The notes: generated by a model not told the origin, from the sequence alone. A stretch of 63,771 nucleotides of DNA, filler included, from Gemmatimonadota bacterium (GCA_003697105.1; 6 parts of 6 records of this genome joined end to end with filler, not necessarily neighbours in it); one strand, 5' to 3'; shown: positions 1 through 10,301, numbered from the whole stretch's first letter. Translations and numbers: made by a program.

Positions 1-99
1 AAAAGCAAAGAACCACCACCCATTGTCGATCAAGACTTTAGAAAAAGGCATCTGGCACTTGTGACGGTCTAAAATTCTCACAGGTCAGGTGATAGAACA
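1..99 (+). repeat. Dispersed repeat family A (partial copy, likely mobile-element end; ends ...CAGGTCAGGTGATAGAACA)
   Basis: Near-identical to 59802-59900 and to the reverse complement of about 39739-39837; similarity stops sharply after GAACA in all three copies; lies at a contig end. Confidence 0.9.
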
Positions 100-162
100 A
101 ATTTATTTAAATTACCTTGCCATATAGATTTTGTCAATATGGGAAATCCAGCATAAAACCGC

Positions 163-191
163 TTGACAACCCTGTTGCCTCCTTCTATTTT
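163..191 (+). promoter_or_regulatory. Putative sigma70 promoter
   Basis: TTGACA-17 nt-TATTTT upstream of the 250 ORF, which has an AAGGAG RBS. Confidence 0.5.
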
Positions 192-249
192 AGGCATCTT
201 AAATCTCGTCAGATTTTACTTCTGAACCCCGTTTAGTTAAGGAGTTTCC

Positions 250-1770
250 ATGTTACAAGGTAAACGTAACCTGTTGATCCTACAAATCGTTTTGATAAGT
301 GTTTTTTCCTACGTATATGTTCAAGCCCGTGGCGATAATATCATCCAAAATCTGAATCTGTTTGGTCAGGTACTCAAAAATGTGGAAGAAAAATATGTAG
401 AAGAGGTCGATATGGCGAAGTTGTTGGAAGCCGCCACGGAGGGTTTGTTACGCCCGCTCGATCCTTACTGCCACTTGGTTGAAGCCGATGAACACGGTAA
501 CTTTCCACCACCTCATCACGGGAAATATGAGGTTGCCGGTTTGGTCCTCGGCGATTTTAACCACTCCCTGCGGATCGTCAGTACCTATGCTGGAAGCGAA
601 CCCGACCAGCGGGGTATCCGTTCCGGGGATTATATTTACAAAGTTAATGAGACCATTGTTCGTAATTTTTCCTTACCGGAATTGGTGCAATTGATTAACG
701 AAGTCGATACGGATACGTTGACCTTGGCAATTGTGCCGGTCGGTTCGCGCGGGTCGATCAATTACCGTTTCATGCGACCCGATGTGATCCAAAATAGTAC
801 CCCCCAAACCGTGCCTTATGCCTTTGTCACAGATGACCGGATCGGCTATGTACGGCTCGCTTATCTGACGGATCAAACGGCGGAAATCCTCAAGACGCAA
901 CTCGACCAGTTTGCCGCAAAAAACGTGACCCAGTTGGTTCTTGACCTGCGAGATTGTGCCAACGGTACCGTTGAAGAAGCCCAAGCGTTGGCGGAATTGT
1001 TCTTGCCCCGCGGGACAGTCTTTGCCGAGTTGAGCCATGACACCCATCAAGCACCCACCCAATTTAAAACCACCACCGCGCCAGTCTGGACGGGACCGGT
1101 TCTCCTGCTGACCAATCGGGGTACCGCCGGTATGGTGGAACTGCTTGCCGCCGCTATTGTTGAACATCAACGCGGTATCACCGTCGGGAAACCCACTAAC
1201 GGCAAAACCGGTTATCAGGAACTGTTGCCGGTAACTTCTACCTTGAAGATCGAACTCACCACCCGTGAATATCTCACTAGCCGTGGGAATTCACTCTTAC
1301 GTGAGGTCACGAAAGATGAAAATGGTGACGAAAAAGAGTTGCACCCCGCCGGCTTGAAACCCACGGTTGAAGTCAATGAAAAGTTGGATAAACGCTTTAT
1401 TCGCCAATTAGATGCCCAAAAATTGATCGATAAATTCGTCACAGATAAACCGTTGTTGCACGCTGATGCCCTCGATGAAGACGTACAGAAACAATTGCAG
1501 CAGTTCTTAGAAACCGAAAAATTTGAAACCGAAATCGAGCTTATTCAGGAATTATGGGACGATCTAAAACTCCGCTTGGAAGAAGCCTCATTACGCCACA
1601 ACCAAGGAGAGCTTGCCGCCGCTGAATTTGCCCTCACCCATGACCCACTGTACCAAGAAGCCGTTACCCTGTACAAAGGAATTACAACGACAGCTCAGCT
1701 AGTCGAACGGGGACAGGCGCGTCAGGTAAAAGCAGAAGCCGAGAAAACAGAGGAACCGGATCAAAATTAA
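250..1770 (+). CDS. S41/CtpA-family C-terminal processing protease homolog (PDZ + S41 domain), probably catalytically degenerate
   Basis: N-terminal TM/signal, YVEEVD..LLEAA..GLLRPLDPY, IGYVRL, LVLDLR, T(N)GK motifs; the catalytic SASASE motif reads TAGMVE. Confidence 0.8.
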   Translation: MLQGKRNLLILQIVLISVFSYVYVQARGDNIIQNLNLFGQVLKNVEEKYVEEVDMAKLLEAATEGLLRPLDPYCHLVEADEHGNFPPPHHGKYEVAGLVLGDFNHSLRIVSTYAGSEPDQRGIRSGDYIYKVNETIVRNFSLPELVQLINEVDTDTLTLAIVPVGSRGSINYRFMRPDVIQNSTPQTVPYAFVTDDRIGYVRLAYLTDQTAEILKTQLDQFAAKNVTQLVLDLRDCANGTVEEAQALAELFLPRGTVFAELSHDTHQAPTQFKTTTAPVWTGPVLLLTNRGTAGMVELLAAAIVEHQRGITVGKPTNGKTGYQELLPVTSTLKIELTTREYLTSRGNSLLREVTKDENGDEKELHPAGLKPTVEVNEKLDKRFIRQLDAQKLIDKFVTDKPLLHADALDEDVQKQLQQFLETEKFETEIELIQELWDDLKLRLEEASLRHNQGELAAAEFALTHDPLYQEAVTLYKGITTTAQLVERGQARQVKAEAEKTEEPDQN

Positions 1771-1794
1771 CCCCTGCAGGACTCCAAATTTATA

Positions 1795-1823
1795 TTGACT
1801 TTTAAGCAGAGTTCTGCTATTCT
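1795..1823 (+). promoter_or_regulatory. Putative sigma70 promoter
   Basis: TTGACT-17 nt-TATTCT upstream of ATG 1873 (GGAGG RBS). Confidence 0.45.
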
Positions 1824-1872
1824 ACAAGCCAATCGACATGCCATTCCTAAAAAATTAAGTTCGGAGGATGAA

Positions 1873-2346
1873 ATGCTTCCCACACGTTTTTCCAATGCCT
1901 CTCAAAAAGGCTGGATTGCCGACGTTATTGTGATTATTCTGATTATTGCCGTTGCCGTAGCACTGGTTTATATCATTGAATATCCGTATCGGATTGAGAA
2001 GGAGATCGAATACAATCAGAAAGAAATGGAAGCACGTGAGAACTTAACCCGAATTGCAAAGGCGTTAGAGCAGTATAAGCGAGATTTTGGGGAATATACG
2101 GATCGAAAATTGTTACTGCGGCGGTATGACAAAGATGTAGATCAACTGCGAGACCCAATGACTTTTGAAGGTTATACCATTGAACTCGTACGTACCCCGC
2201 AAGATACAACCTATACCATTCGATCACCTTACGAACCATTTGGCAGCATCATCAATGGTGTTCGGACGTGGATTGGGCGTCCGGTTTCATTGCCCCCAGA
2301 TAGTACTGCGACAAAAGAAGGAGAACCCGCTGACGCCAACCCCTAA
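1873..2346 (+). CDS. Type IV pilin/pseudopilin-like protein
   Basis: Short leader ending QKG, then a hydrophobic helix, then ARENLTRIAKALEQYKRDFGEY resembling the GspG/pilin helix; start moved to the ATG with GGAGG RBS. Confidence 0.55.
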   Translation: MLPTRFSNASQKGWIADVIVIILIIAVAVALVYIIEYPYRIEKEIEYNQKEMEARENLTRIAKALEQYKRDFGEYTDRKLLLRRYDKDVDQLRDPMTFEGYTIELVRTPQDTTYTIRSPYEPFGSIINGVRTWIGRPVSLPPDSTATKEGEPADANP

Positions 2347-2376
2347 GATGAATCATATCCGCCGAACTTGTGATAC

Positions 2377-2417
2377 AAAAATGTGTGATCGAAATGGTTT
2401 CGATCACGCATTTTTTT
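2377..2417 (+). terminator. Intrinsic terminator
   Basis: AAAAATGTGTGATCGAAA-TGG-TTTCGATCACGCATTTTTTT hairpin with U-tract. Confidence 0.7.
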
Positions 2418-2442
2418 ATGCCCTTTTGGATGGACGTAGCTC

Positions 2443-3375
2443 ATGCCAGTTCACGCCGCGATTGATATTGGCACAAATGCCGTTCTGTTACTTATCGCTG
2501 ACATCTCGAAACAAGGTCTCACCCCGCTTCACCTAGAGACCCGTATTGCCCGTTTGGGGCAACAGGTACATCTTACGGGTGAGTTGACACCTTCTGCAAT
2601 AGATCAGGTCACAACCATTTTGCAGGATTACCAGCGGATAATCCAGAATTTTGGTGCGGAGCCGGTCCTTGTCACCGGTACAAGTGCCGCCCGAGATGCC
2701 AAAAACCAAAGTAAATTGGTGGAGGCGGTCCGGAAGACCACCGGCTGGCAACTGCGTATCCTCTCAGGAGAAGAAGAAGCTCGCCTGACCTTTGAGGGGG
2801 GTGTCCTTGGACTAACCCCGGATACTTCGCACATTTTGCTGGTCGATATTGGGGGTGGGAGTACCGAACTCGTGTGGGGTATCCCCTCACCGCCCTCAAT
2901 ATATGCCTCGATTAGCCTGAATTTAGGTGCGGTGCGGTTGTTGGAAAAATTCATTACCGCAGCCCCCACGCCGGAGCGTGAATATCATGCCCTGCAACAA
3001 GCGATCCGCGCCGAATTGGAAATGGTTCCCCAACCTCCCATCCCGCCGGTGACATTAGCCGGTGTCGCCGGAACGGTAACCACATTAGCCGCGATCCACT
3101 TTGGGCTGGCAGAAGAAATCCCCGGACAGCTGCATAACCAGAGACTTTCACGGCATGATATTCACCGGATCAACGGCCAACTTCGCCAACAATCTCTGTC
3201 CGAACGCCTCCAGACACCGGGTTTACACCCCGGCCGGGAAGATGTCATTATTGTTGGCGCAACCATCCTCGAAACAATTATGGAAATGTTCGGGTTTAAG
3301 ACAATCACCATTAGCGAATACGGCTTGCGCTACGGCGTATTGTGGGACTACATCTCTCAGACGGAACACCGATGA
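2443..3375 (+). CDS. ppx: Ppx/GppA family exopolyphosphatase (short form)
   Basis: AIDIGTN, TSAARDA, LSGEEEA, DIGGGSTE, GLRYG motifs. Confidence 0.9.
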   Translation: MPVHAAIDIGTNAVLLLIADISKQGLTPLHLETRIARLGQQVHLTGELTPSAIDQVTTILQDYQRIIQNFGAEPVLVTGTSAARDAKNQSKLVEAVRKTTGWQLRILSGEEEARLTFEGGVLGLTPDTSHILLVDIGGGSTELVWGIPSPPSIYASISLNLGAVRLLEKFITAAPTPEREYHALQQAIRAELEMVPQPPIPPVTLAGVAGTVTTLAAIHFGLAEEIPGQLHNQRLSRHDIHRINGQLRQQSLSERLQTPGLHPGREDVIIVGATILETIMEMFGFKTITISEYGLRYGVLWDYISQTEHR

Positions 3376-4697
3376 AAACCGTTTTGATTCTTGCATACTA
3401 TTTTCCGCCGTTGGGCATGGGTGGCGTTCAGCGTTCCGCGAAATTCGTCAAATACTTACACCGTTTGGGCTGGCGACCGGTGGTCCTAACCGTTGGCGAT
3501 ATTGACTATTACGCTTACGACCCGGAATTAATGCAAGACATCCCTTCGGAGGTAGCCATCCACCGGATTACCGCGCCAGAGCCAGTGGTCATCCGGCGAG
3601 TTGCCAACAGGTGGCGTAACCGGTGGGTCCGGAGATCGCCCGCTACAGCATCCCCCCAGACGGGTAAAAAATGGAGTGAGCGGTTACAATGGGTTCTTTT
3701 GCCGGATACCAAGTCGATCTGGTGCCAATGGGCGTTACCCACAGCGCTAAATTTGATTCGGGATCAGGCGGTTGATGTGATCTTCGCCACCGCACCGCCG
3801 TACTCTGTCACCGGTTTGGGGATGGCATTAGCCCGCAAAACAGGCAAGCCGCTGGTAGTGGATTTTCGGGATGATTGGACCGGTGGAGAATTTGACCGTT
3901 ACCCCACGCGATGGCACCGCCGGTGGGTTGAACGTTTAGAAACCCGGGTGCTACAGTATGCCAGTGCCGTGGTTTCCGTCGCCGAACCGATCACGCGCCG
4001 TTTTCAGCAAAAACTCGGCAGCCAACCGGAAAAATTCTATACCATCCCGAACGGATTTGATGCGGAAGATTTTACCCGACCCGCACTGCCACGCTCCGAA
4101 AAATTGACCTTTACGTACAGCGGTGCAGTCACTCCGGATCGAGACCCTACTCCCTTTTTACGGGCACTTTCCCGTGCCGTGCAAAGTCATCCGGAACTGC
4201 GGCATCACATCCGGTTTGTTTGTGTCGGAGCACATTTGGGAGTCGATGTTCGGGCGCTTGCCAACCACTTGGAATTATCATCAATGGTGGAATGGGTACC
4301 GTACCAACCACATTCCAAAAGTGTGGCATATCTGCTGGCATCGGATGTGCTGGTTTTATTGATAACCTCTGAAACCGCCCGGTCGGCGGATGTGCCCACC
4401 GGTAAAATTTATGAATATCTGGCGGCACAAAAACCGATTCTTGCCCTCGCGCCTGAAAATGGCATAGCGGCAAACATGATCCACATGTATGGCAGTGGTA
4501 TGGTGTGTGACCCAACACATGTGGATAAAATAGCAACTACCATTTGGCAATATTACCAACAGCTTAAAAGCGGCACATGGAACCCATCCCCACCGCTCCC
4601 CATAACCTGTTTTGAGCGCCAAACCTTAACTCGGCAACTCATTGATATTTTTGACACAATCATTTCAACCCAGAGGAACAGATCGACGAATGCGTAA
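3372..4697 (+). CDS. Glycosyltransferase family 4 (GT-B)
   Basis: YYFPPLGMGGVQR N-terminus, DFRDDW, IPNGFD, GKIYEYL motifs; ATGA coupling to ppx. Confidence 0.88.
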   Translation: MKTVLILAYYFPPLGMGGVQRSAKFVKYLHRLGWRPVVLTVGDIDYYAYDPELMQDIPSEVAIHRITAPEPVVIRRVANRWRNRWVRRSPATASPQTGKKWSERLQWVLLPDTKSIWCQWALPTALNLIRDQAVDVIFATAPPYSVTGLGMALARKTGKPLVVDFRDDWTGGEFDRYPTRWHRRWVERLETRVLQYASAVVSVAEPITRRFQQKLGSQPEKFYTIPNGFDAEDFTRPALPRSEKLTFTYSGAVTPDRDPTPFLRALSRAVQSHPELRHHIRFVCVGAHLGVDVRALANHLELSSMVEWVPYQPHSKSVAYLLASDVLVLLITSETARSADVPTGKIYEYLAAQKPILALAPENGIAANMIHMYGSGMVCDPTHVDKIATTIWQYYQQLKSGTWNPSPPLPITCFERQTLTRQLIDIFDTIISTQRNRSTNA

Positions 4698-7032
4698 ACC
4701 TGTACTACTCATTTGGGGATTAACAACGTTTTTACTGCTGATGTTGATCGGCAGCTCTCGCTTATCTTCCACCACCGAAGCCGCATCCCGGTCGGAAATT
4801 GCCGCCACCTTTAACCCGGAAGCGATCCGGGAATGGGTCCGGCACGATTATGCCGTGGATTCCCTCTCAAGCCAGATCGAATCTCAATTTGTAAAGTTTA
4901 CCCGTGGCTATCTGCTGTACCAGCAGGAACATTGGCAAGCCGCCCAAGCCGATTTTGCCAGTATGCTCGACTGGCAATCTTTTCCGTTAGAAGATTACGC
5001 GCAGTTTTATCTGGCAGACATTTTCCGGCAACAAGATTTGCCGGATTCTGCCGCAGTGTATTTGGAAGCTATTTTGAAACATCACCCCCAAAGCCTTTGG
5101 ATACCGGAAGCAGGCATCTGGTTGGGGCAATATTATGTAGAACGTGAGCAATATGAACCTGCAATCCGGGTGTTGGCACAGGCACTCAGTGTGCCCTCCC
5201 TCGATCCGGAAAAAAAATATGAGTGCCTGACTCTCTTGCAACGGGCGTATCAGGAACAGGATGACCGGGTACCGGCAGATTCCCTGAAATTGTACCTATG
5301 GCGGGAATTTCCCCTGCGACATGAAGGCAACCGTCCGGCGAATGCTACGCTAGTGGATCGATTCCGCCGGGCGGAACTCTTTTTTGAAAATGGCTATATG
5401 ACCAGCGCCCGCAAAAGTTACACGGCATTAAAAAGCATCGCCCGAACGCCGGAAGATAAAGCCCGTGCCACCCTTGGCGAAGCCCGTGCCCGAATGAACG
5501 CCAAATTTCGCTGGCGACGATCCCGAAACGAAAAACGGATGGCAGAATTGACCGTATCAAACTTAAAACCCCTGTTTCAAAAAAAACTACCCGCAGAACT
5601 GGGTTCGGAAGTTGGTTATTGGTTAGGGCGTGCCTATGAACGATTGGGGCGGGAAAAATCTGCGCGAAATGTGTACAAAGCTACTTTGGAACGCTACGCT
5701 AACGGTACATATAGCCCCAAAGTCCGAATTGAATTAGCGGAACTATATCTCAAATCAAAACAAATTCATCTAGCAGATTCACTCAGCCAGCAATTAGCGG
5801 TCACGGAGGAATCGGTTGTCTCTTTGTGGCATTTGGGGTGGGCGGCGTACCAAACGAATCAATTTGAATTCGCCGAACGTATCTTTCAAGAAATAGGGCA
5901 CCTGCCAGATTCCCGGCGGTGGCAAACTCGGGGACGGTACTGGGCGGCACGTTCCCTAGAACGGCAGTACCAGTGGGAAAACGCCGCTATTCTATATCAG
6001 CAGATTTGGGATCAATTTGATTACACCTATTATGGCTATGCCAGCCGCAGCCGGCTTAACCAACTACCGGCAGGTGTGCGCCAGAGGCTTTCAGAGACCG
6101 AACCGGACACGCTGGAAGCCCGATCCTCCCAATTGTGGATCAATCGATTTTGGAATACGTGGCAACGCAGTTGGCGCCGTACCGGACGTTCTTTGCCGGA
6201 GATTGAGGTCGATGTGATCCCCGAATTTCAGCGTTACCATGAGTGGCGTGCTCAATTATTTATGCAATTGGGGCTTTACGAACCGGCTCTGAATGAACTC
6301 AAAGCGTTGCAACGGGAGTACCCCCAACGAATGGCGTATTACGCTCAACTGGCATGGGTGTACCAGCGCATGGGTGATTACCGGCGGAGTATTATCTGGC
6401 TGAACCGGTGTCCCGATCCTCCCGATGCCACCGAAGAAACCTACTGGCATCTGTATTACCCGCTGGAATATTGGGATATTGTTAAAGAAAAGACCGAAAA
6501 ATATAATATTTCACCCTTTTTGCTGATGGGGTTAATTCATCAGGAGAGTGCCTTTGACCCCAAGGCAAAATCGATTGCCAACGCACGAGGCTTAACGCAA
6601 GTGATCCATTCCACTGGGCGGATTATCGCCCGGCGATTAGGGGTGCGTGGATTTAAATCCAGCATGTTGTACGATCCCCCAACGAGTATCGAATTTGGCG
6701 CCTATTACTTAAATTTGGGATTGCAAAAAAGTGGCGGAAATGTGGCGGTAGCAGTGGCGGGCTATAATGCCGGTGTGGAACGGGCAGTCCGGTGGTGGCA
6801 GGAACGCGGCGATCTGGAAGTTGATGAGTGGATTGAAACCATCCCCCTGAACGAAACGCGCAACTATGTCAAACGGGTCATTCGGAATTACTATGCCTAT
6901 CAAGATATTTATGGCGAGGATGTCCAGCAGGTCAATCCGGCGGGATATTTAACGAATCGGATTCCGTTTGTGGGAGATCCAACCATTGGCGGATGGGCGC
7001 CTGCGGGGCGAACACCCGGAGTTGTTGAATGA
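4690..7032 (+). CDS. Soluble lytic transglycosylase (Slt-type) with TPR repeats
   Basis: N-terminal TM, TPR-like helices, C-terminal QESAF..A.S.ANARGLTQV, GYNAG, ETRNYVKRV. Confidence 0.9.
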   Translation: MRKPVLLIWGLTTFLLLMLIGSSRLSSTTEAASRSEIAATFNPEAIREWVRHDYAVDSLSSQIESQFVKFTRGYLLYQQEHWQAAQADFASMLDWQSFPLEDYAQFYLADIFRQQDLPDSAAVYLEAILKHHPQSLWIPEAGIWLGQYYVEREQYEPAIRVLAQALSVPSLDPEKKYECLTLLQRAYQEQDDRVPADSLKLYLWREFPLRHEGNRPANATLVDRFRRAELFFENGYMTSARKSYTALKSIARTPEDKARATLGEARARMNAKFRWRRSRNEKRMAELTVSNLKPLFQKKLPAELGSEVGYWLGRAYERLGREKSARNVYKATLERYANGTYSPKVRIELAELYLKSKQIHLADSLSQQLAVTEESVVSLWHLGWAAYQTNQFEFAERIFQEIGHLPDSRRWQTRGRYWAARSLERQYQWENAAILYQQIWDQFDYTYYGYASRSRLNQLPAGVRQRLSETEPDTLEARSSQLWINRFWNTWQRSWRRTGRSLPEIEVDVIPEFQRYHEWRAQLFMQLGLYEPALNELKALQREYPQRMAYYAQLAWVYQRMGDYRRSIIWLNRCPDPPDATEETYWHLYYPLEYWDIVKEKTEKYNISPFLLMGLIHQESAFDPKAKSIANARGLTQVIHSTGRIIARRLGVRGFKSSMLYDPPTSIEFGAYYLNLGLQKSGGNVAVAVAGYNAGVERAVRWWQERGDLEVDEWIETIPLNETRNYVKRVIRNYYAYQDIYGEDVQQVNPAGYLTNRIPFVGDPTIGGWAPAGRTPGVVE

Positions 7033-9070
7033 GGGAGTCCCGTTTTTCTGTACGACCTAAGCGGTGATTGCAAACGATCTGGATGCGCCAGTACAGCAAA
7101 TTTTGGCGGTACTCCGCATCCAATGCGTTTCCTATTTTCAGGGCATTTTTGCAGTCCCCGCTTTGTTCATATGCCAACATAAGTTGGTATTGTATTTGGG
7201 GATTTTCCGGTTCTTTCGCCAAAGCGTCTTCCAATATCGGCACCGCCGCCGCCCCCTTGCGTTGCTTGACCAACAACTGCGCCAACCAGCGGCGGTGCTT
7301 GTCGCTGTTCGGGTTCAAGGTGAGTTCGGCGTTTAGTCGTTCGATGGCTTCCTCTAACCTGCCCGTCGCTTGGAGCAACATCGCAATATTGAACTGCAAC
7401 CCCGGATAGTTAGGCATTATCTGTTCTGCCTGTTGGTAATCTTTCTCCGCTCGATCATAATCTCCCTGCCGCAAATAGACATATCCCCGCTGGACATACC
7501 CATCCACCCGGAAGGGGTCTATTTCAATTGCGCGGGAAAGCTCCTTTTGGGCGGCAAGCAAGTACGGTTGCTTATTGAGATTCGGGTGGTCATACGTCGC
7601 AATCGCCAATTGGCGCAAGATATTCTGACCCCGCTGCAGAGCCACATCACCCCGAAAAAAGATGATAGAATGCCACCCCACTCCACCCACCAGCACCGCG
7701 CTGATCAACCCGATCAGAGGAAAGTAACCCGGCAGCGGATGGTGGCGAAGTTTTCTGGAACGGGGTTTCTCAGATGCCTCGCCGGTGGGATCGTCACCCC
7801 ATGCGCACCGGTCGGTAATTCCCATACTCAACCACAGCAGGGTCGCCGTGGAGACAAACCGGCTATCCACACTGAACAAATTTTGCACCCACACACCGGT
7901 TATCCCCACGATAAGATAGAGGGTTGGGTCACGCCAAAAGGACGGATGTTTTAAGTAGGCACGGATGGCGCTCCCGTACAGTAACATGAGTACGGAAAGT
8001 TGTAACAGCAATCCAATAATGCCGGTTTCGGCGGCAGTCTCCAAAAATTCGTTATGCGCATGGGAAAGCAGATGGCGGCTAAAGGGGTGATATTGATCCA
8101 ATTCCGGCGGTTTAAACAGGGGAACCTTCACTACAAACGTGCCGTAGCCATGTCCCCACAGGGGTTGAGCCTTAAACATGTTGAATGCACTTTGCCAGAT
8201 CAACACCCGCGCCCTGTTGAAATCGGAGTCCACGAGGGTTTTAATGCGATCCTGAAATTGCGGAACCATCCACAATATCCCGGCACCGATTCCCACCAAT
8301 AACATGACCATCCCGACCATCAAAAAGGCACGCCGGCGATCCGTTTGCGGGTGGCGCATCACTTTCCAGCCGGTGAGTAACGCCAACAGAATACAGGCAG
8401 CCACAAAACCAACCCATCCGCCCCGGCTTTGGGTAAAGACCAGACTCAGGATCATTCCGATCATCAGTAGTGCGATTCCGATCCGGAGAGGTACGGATCG
8501 AGCTTGGAGCAATCGCCACAACGCCAGGGGTAACGTCAGTACCAAATAGGTTGCCAGATGGTTGGGTGAGCCAAAGGTTGACCAGACCCGTTTAATCGGA
8601 TGATCTCCCCGCCACGGTAGAAATTCGATGTCAAACCATTGTAAAATGGCATACATCATCACTAATGTTGCCGCCATGAGCCAGACATCGACGAGCCAAC
8701 GTAATTGAACACGCCGCGTGATGGTGTGCAACGCGCTGAGGTAAATCAGCACATAAAACAAAAAATTACTGAAGGCAAAAAGGGTGGTACGCCAATAAGG
8801 TAACGCCCATAACAAGGTGAGGGCATTCCATAACAGATAGAGACATATCAAACGGGATAACCGGGTGGGTAAATATGCCGTTGGGGGGCGAACAGCAAAC
8901 TGGATTAGGAAGGTTGCACCCAATAATGCCCCGCTCAGACGCAACAGCACGGTTTTAATCACACCGACATCAGACGTTTGGTACCAAATCAGGGTTGGGA
9001 TGAAAAATGTGAGGAGGAGAAGTATGGTGTACGAGAAATGGCGGGTAAAATAGGCTCGTTTTGCCGTCAT
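6932..9070 (-). CDS. O-antigen ligase / O-oligosaccharyltransferase-like membrane protein with C-terminal TPRs
   Basis: Many TM helices, STFGSPNHLA, TQSRGGW, R..IW, GHGYGTF, HAHNEFLE..AETGIIG; TPR tail. Confidence 0.85.
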   Translation of the reverse strand: MTAKRAYFTRHFSYTILLLLTFFIPTLIWYQTSDVGVIKTVLLRLSGALLGATFLIQFAVRPPTAYLPTRLSRLICLYLLWNALTLLWALPYWRTTLFAFSNFLFYVLIYLSALHTITRRVQLRWLVDVWLMAATLVMMYAILQWFDIEFLPWRGDHPIKRVWSTFGSPNHLATYLVLTLPLALWRLLQARSVPLRIGIALLMIGMILSLVFTQSRGGWVGFVAACILLALLTGWKVMRHPQTDRRRAFLMVGMVMLLVGIGAGILWMVPQFQDRIKTLVDSDFNRARVLIWQSAFNMFKAQPLWGHGYGTFVVKVPLFKPPELDQYHPFSRHLLSHAHNEFLETAAETGIIGLLLQLSVLMLLYGSAIRAYLKHPSFWRDPTLYLIVGITGVWVQNLFSVDSRFVSTATLLWLSMGITDRCAWGDDPTGEASEKPRSRKLRHHPLPGYFPLIGLISAVLVGGVGWHSIIFFRGDVALQRGQNILRQLAIATYDHPNLNKQPYLLAAQKELSRAIEIDPFRVDGYVQRGYVYLRQGDYDRAEKDYQQAEQIMPNYPGLQFNIAMLLQATGRLEEAIERLNAELTLNPNSDKHRRWLAQLLVKQRKGAAAVPILEDALAKEPENPQIQYQLMLAYEQSGDCKNALKIGNALDAEYRQNLLYWRIQIVCNHRLGRTEKRDSLIQQLRVFAPQAPIRQWLDLPQTESDSLNIPPD

Positions 9071-10188
9071 GGGGCGGTATCTATCTGGATCGTAGGAAGT
9101 GTGAAATGGAAGGTACTGCCTTGTCCCTCTTGGCTTTCGACCCAGATTCGCCCGCCGTGAGCTTCCACGGCAAGCTTGCAGAACGTCAACCCCAGACCGG
9201 ACGACACAAACTGATTTTCTTGATGCTTCCGGACTTGTTCAAATTTGTCAAAAATACGGGCTTGGTCTTCTTTGGGAATGCCGGCGCCGGAGTCGCTGAC
9301 ACTGATTCGGAGCCATCCTTCCGTGTGGGGGTGGGTACTGATGTGAATCATGCCACGTCGAGGTGTGAATTTTACGGCATTGCCGATCAAATTGGCGAAA
9401 ACCCGGACAAGTTTATCCCCGTCCACCTGAACAAATGGCGCATCGTAAGGAATATCGGTCTGGAAACTAATCTCTTTCTGGTTGATCAAGATGCGCACTT
9501 GCATAGCGGCATCACTCACCAGATCATAAATCCGGTGGGGGCGGCATGACAACTCCATGGCGCCTTCTTCCATCTTATGAATATCCAAAATATTGCTGAT
9601 CATCATCAGGAGTAGATTGGCACAATGTTGGCCATCATTAATCAGCCGGAGGGCAGTTTCTTGGTTCAGGGAGTCTGCCATTTGTGCCAGCATCTCAAAA
9701 ATGCTGGATAAGCTGGAGACCGGATTGCGGAGGTCATGAACCACCATATGCGTCAATTCTTCCTTCATTTTTTGGGAACGAACTAACTCTTGATTTGTGG
9801 CGGCGAGCTGGTCGTACAATGCTTTTACCCGGAGTTGTGCCCGCAATTTAGCATCCAACTCCTCAAACTCAAAAGGGCGGATGATGTAGTCATCGGCGCC
9901 AGTTTCCAAGCCCCGGATCATATCTTCCCGTTTGCGCTTCACCGCCGTGACCAAAATGACCGGTACATGACGTGTTTGCGGGTTTTCTTTGATTTTTTGG
10001 CACAATTCAAACCCGTTAATGTCCGGCATCATCACATCGGAGAATACCAGATCAATATCCTCCGCTAATTTTTCCAAGGCTTCACGCCCGTTGCTGGCAA
10101 AAACGGTCTCGTAACTGGCACCATCAAACATGGCTTCCATTAACATCCGGTTGTTGGCGTTATCATCGACAATTAAAATTTTGGGCAT
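9067..10188 (-). CDS. Hybrid response regulator / histidine kinase (REC-HisKA-HATPase)
   Basis: ILIVDD..DVMMP receiver; HDLRNP H-box; NLIGNAVKFT, DSGAGI, GLGL boxes; start moved to MPKIL (GGAG RBS). Confidence 0.92.
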   Translation of the reverse strand: MPKILIVDDNANNRMLMEAMFDGASYETVFASNGREALEKLAEDIDLVFSDVMMPDINGFELCQKIKENPQTRHVPVILVTAVKRKREDMIRGLETGADDYIIRPFEFEELDAKLRAQLRVKALYDQLAATNQELVRSQKMKEELTHMVVHDLRNPVSSLSSIFEMLAQMADSLNQETALRLINDGQHCANLLLMMISNILDIHKMEEGAMELSCRPHRIYDLVSDAAMQVRILINQKEISFQTDIPYDAPFVQVDGDKLVRVFANLIGNAVKFTPRRGMIHISTHPHTEGWLRISVSDSGAGIPKEDQARIFDKFEQVRKHQENQFVSSGLGLTFCKLAVEAHGGRIWVESQEGQGSTFHFTLPTIQIDTAP

Positions 10189-10301
10189 TACCTGTGAGAA
10201 TCTCCTTTGCAGGGCAGTATTACCGGGGTTAAATACCATCAAAATTATGTAAATATAGATTATCAATACTCGCGTTGAACCCTGAGCGTTAGCCGGGCGG
10301 C

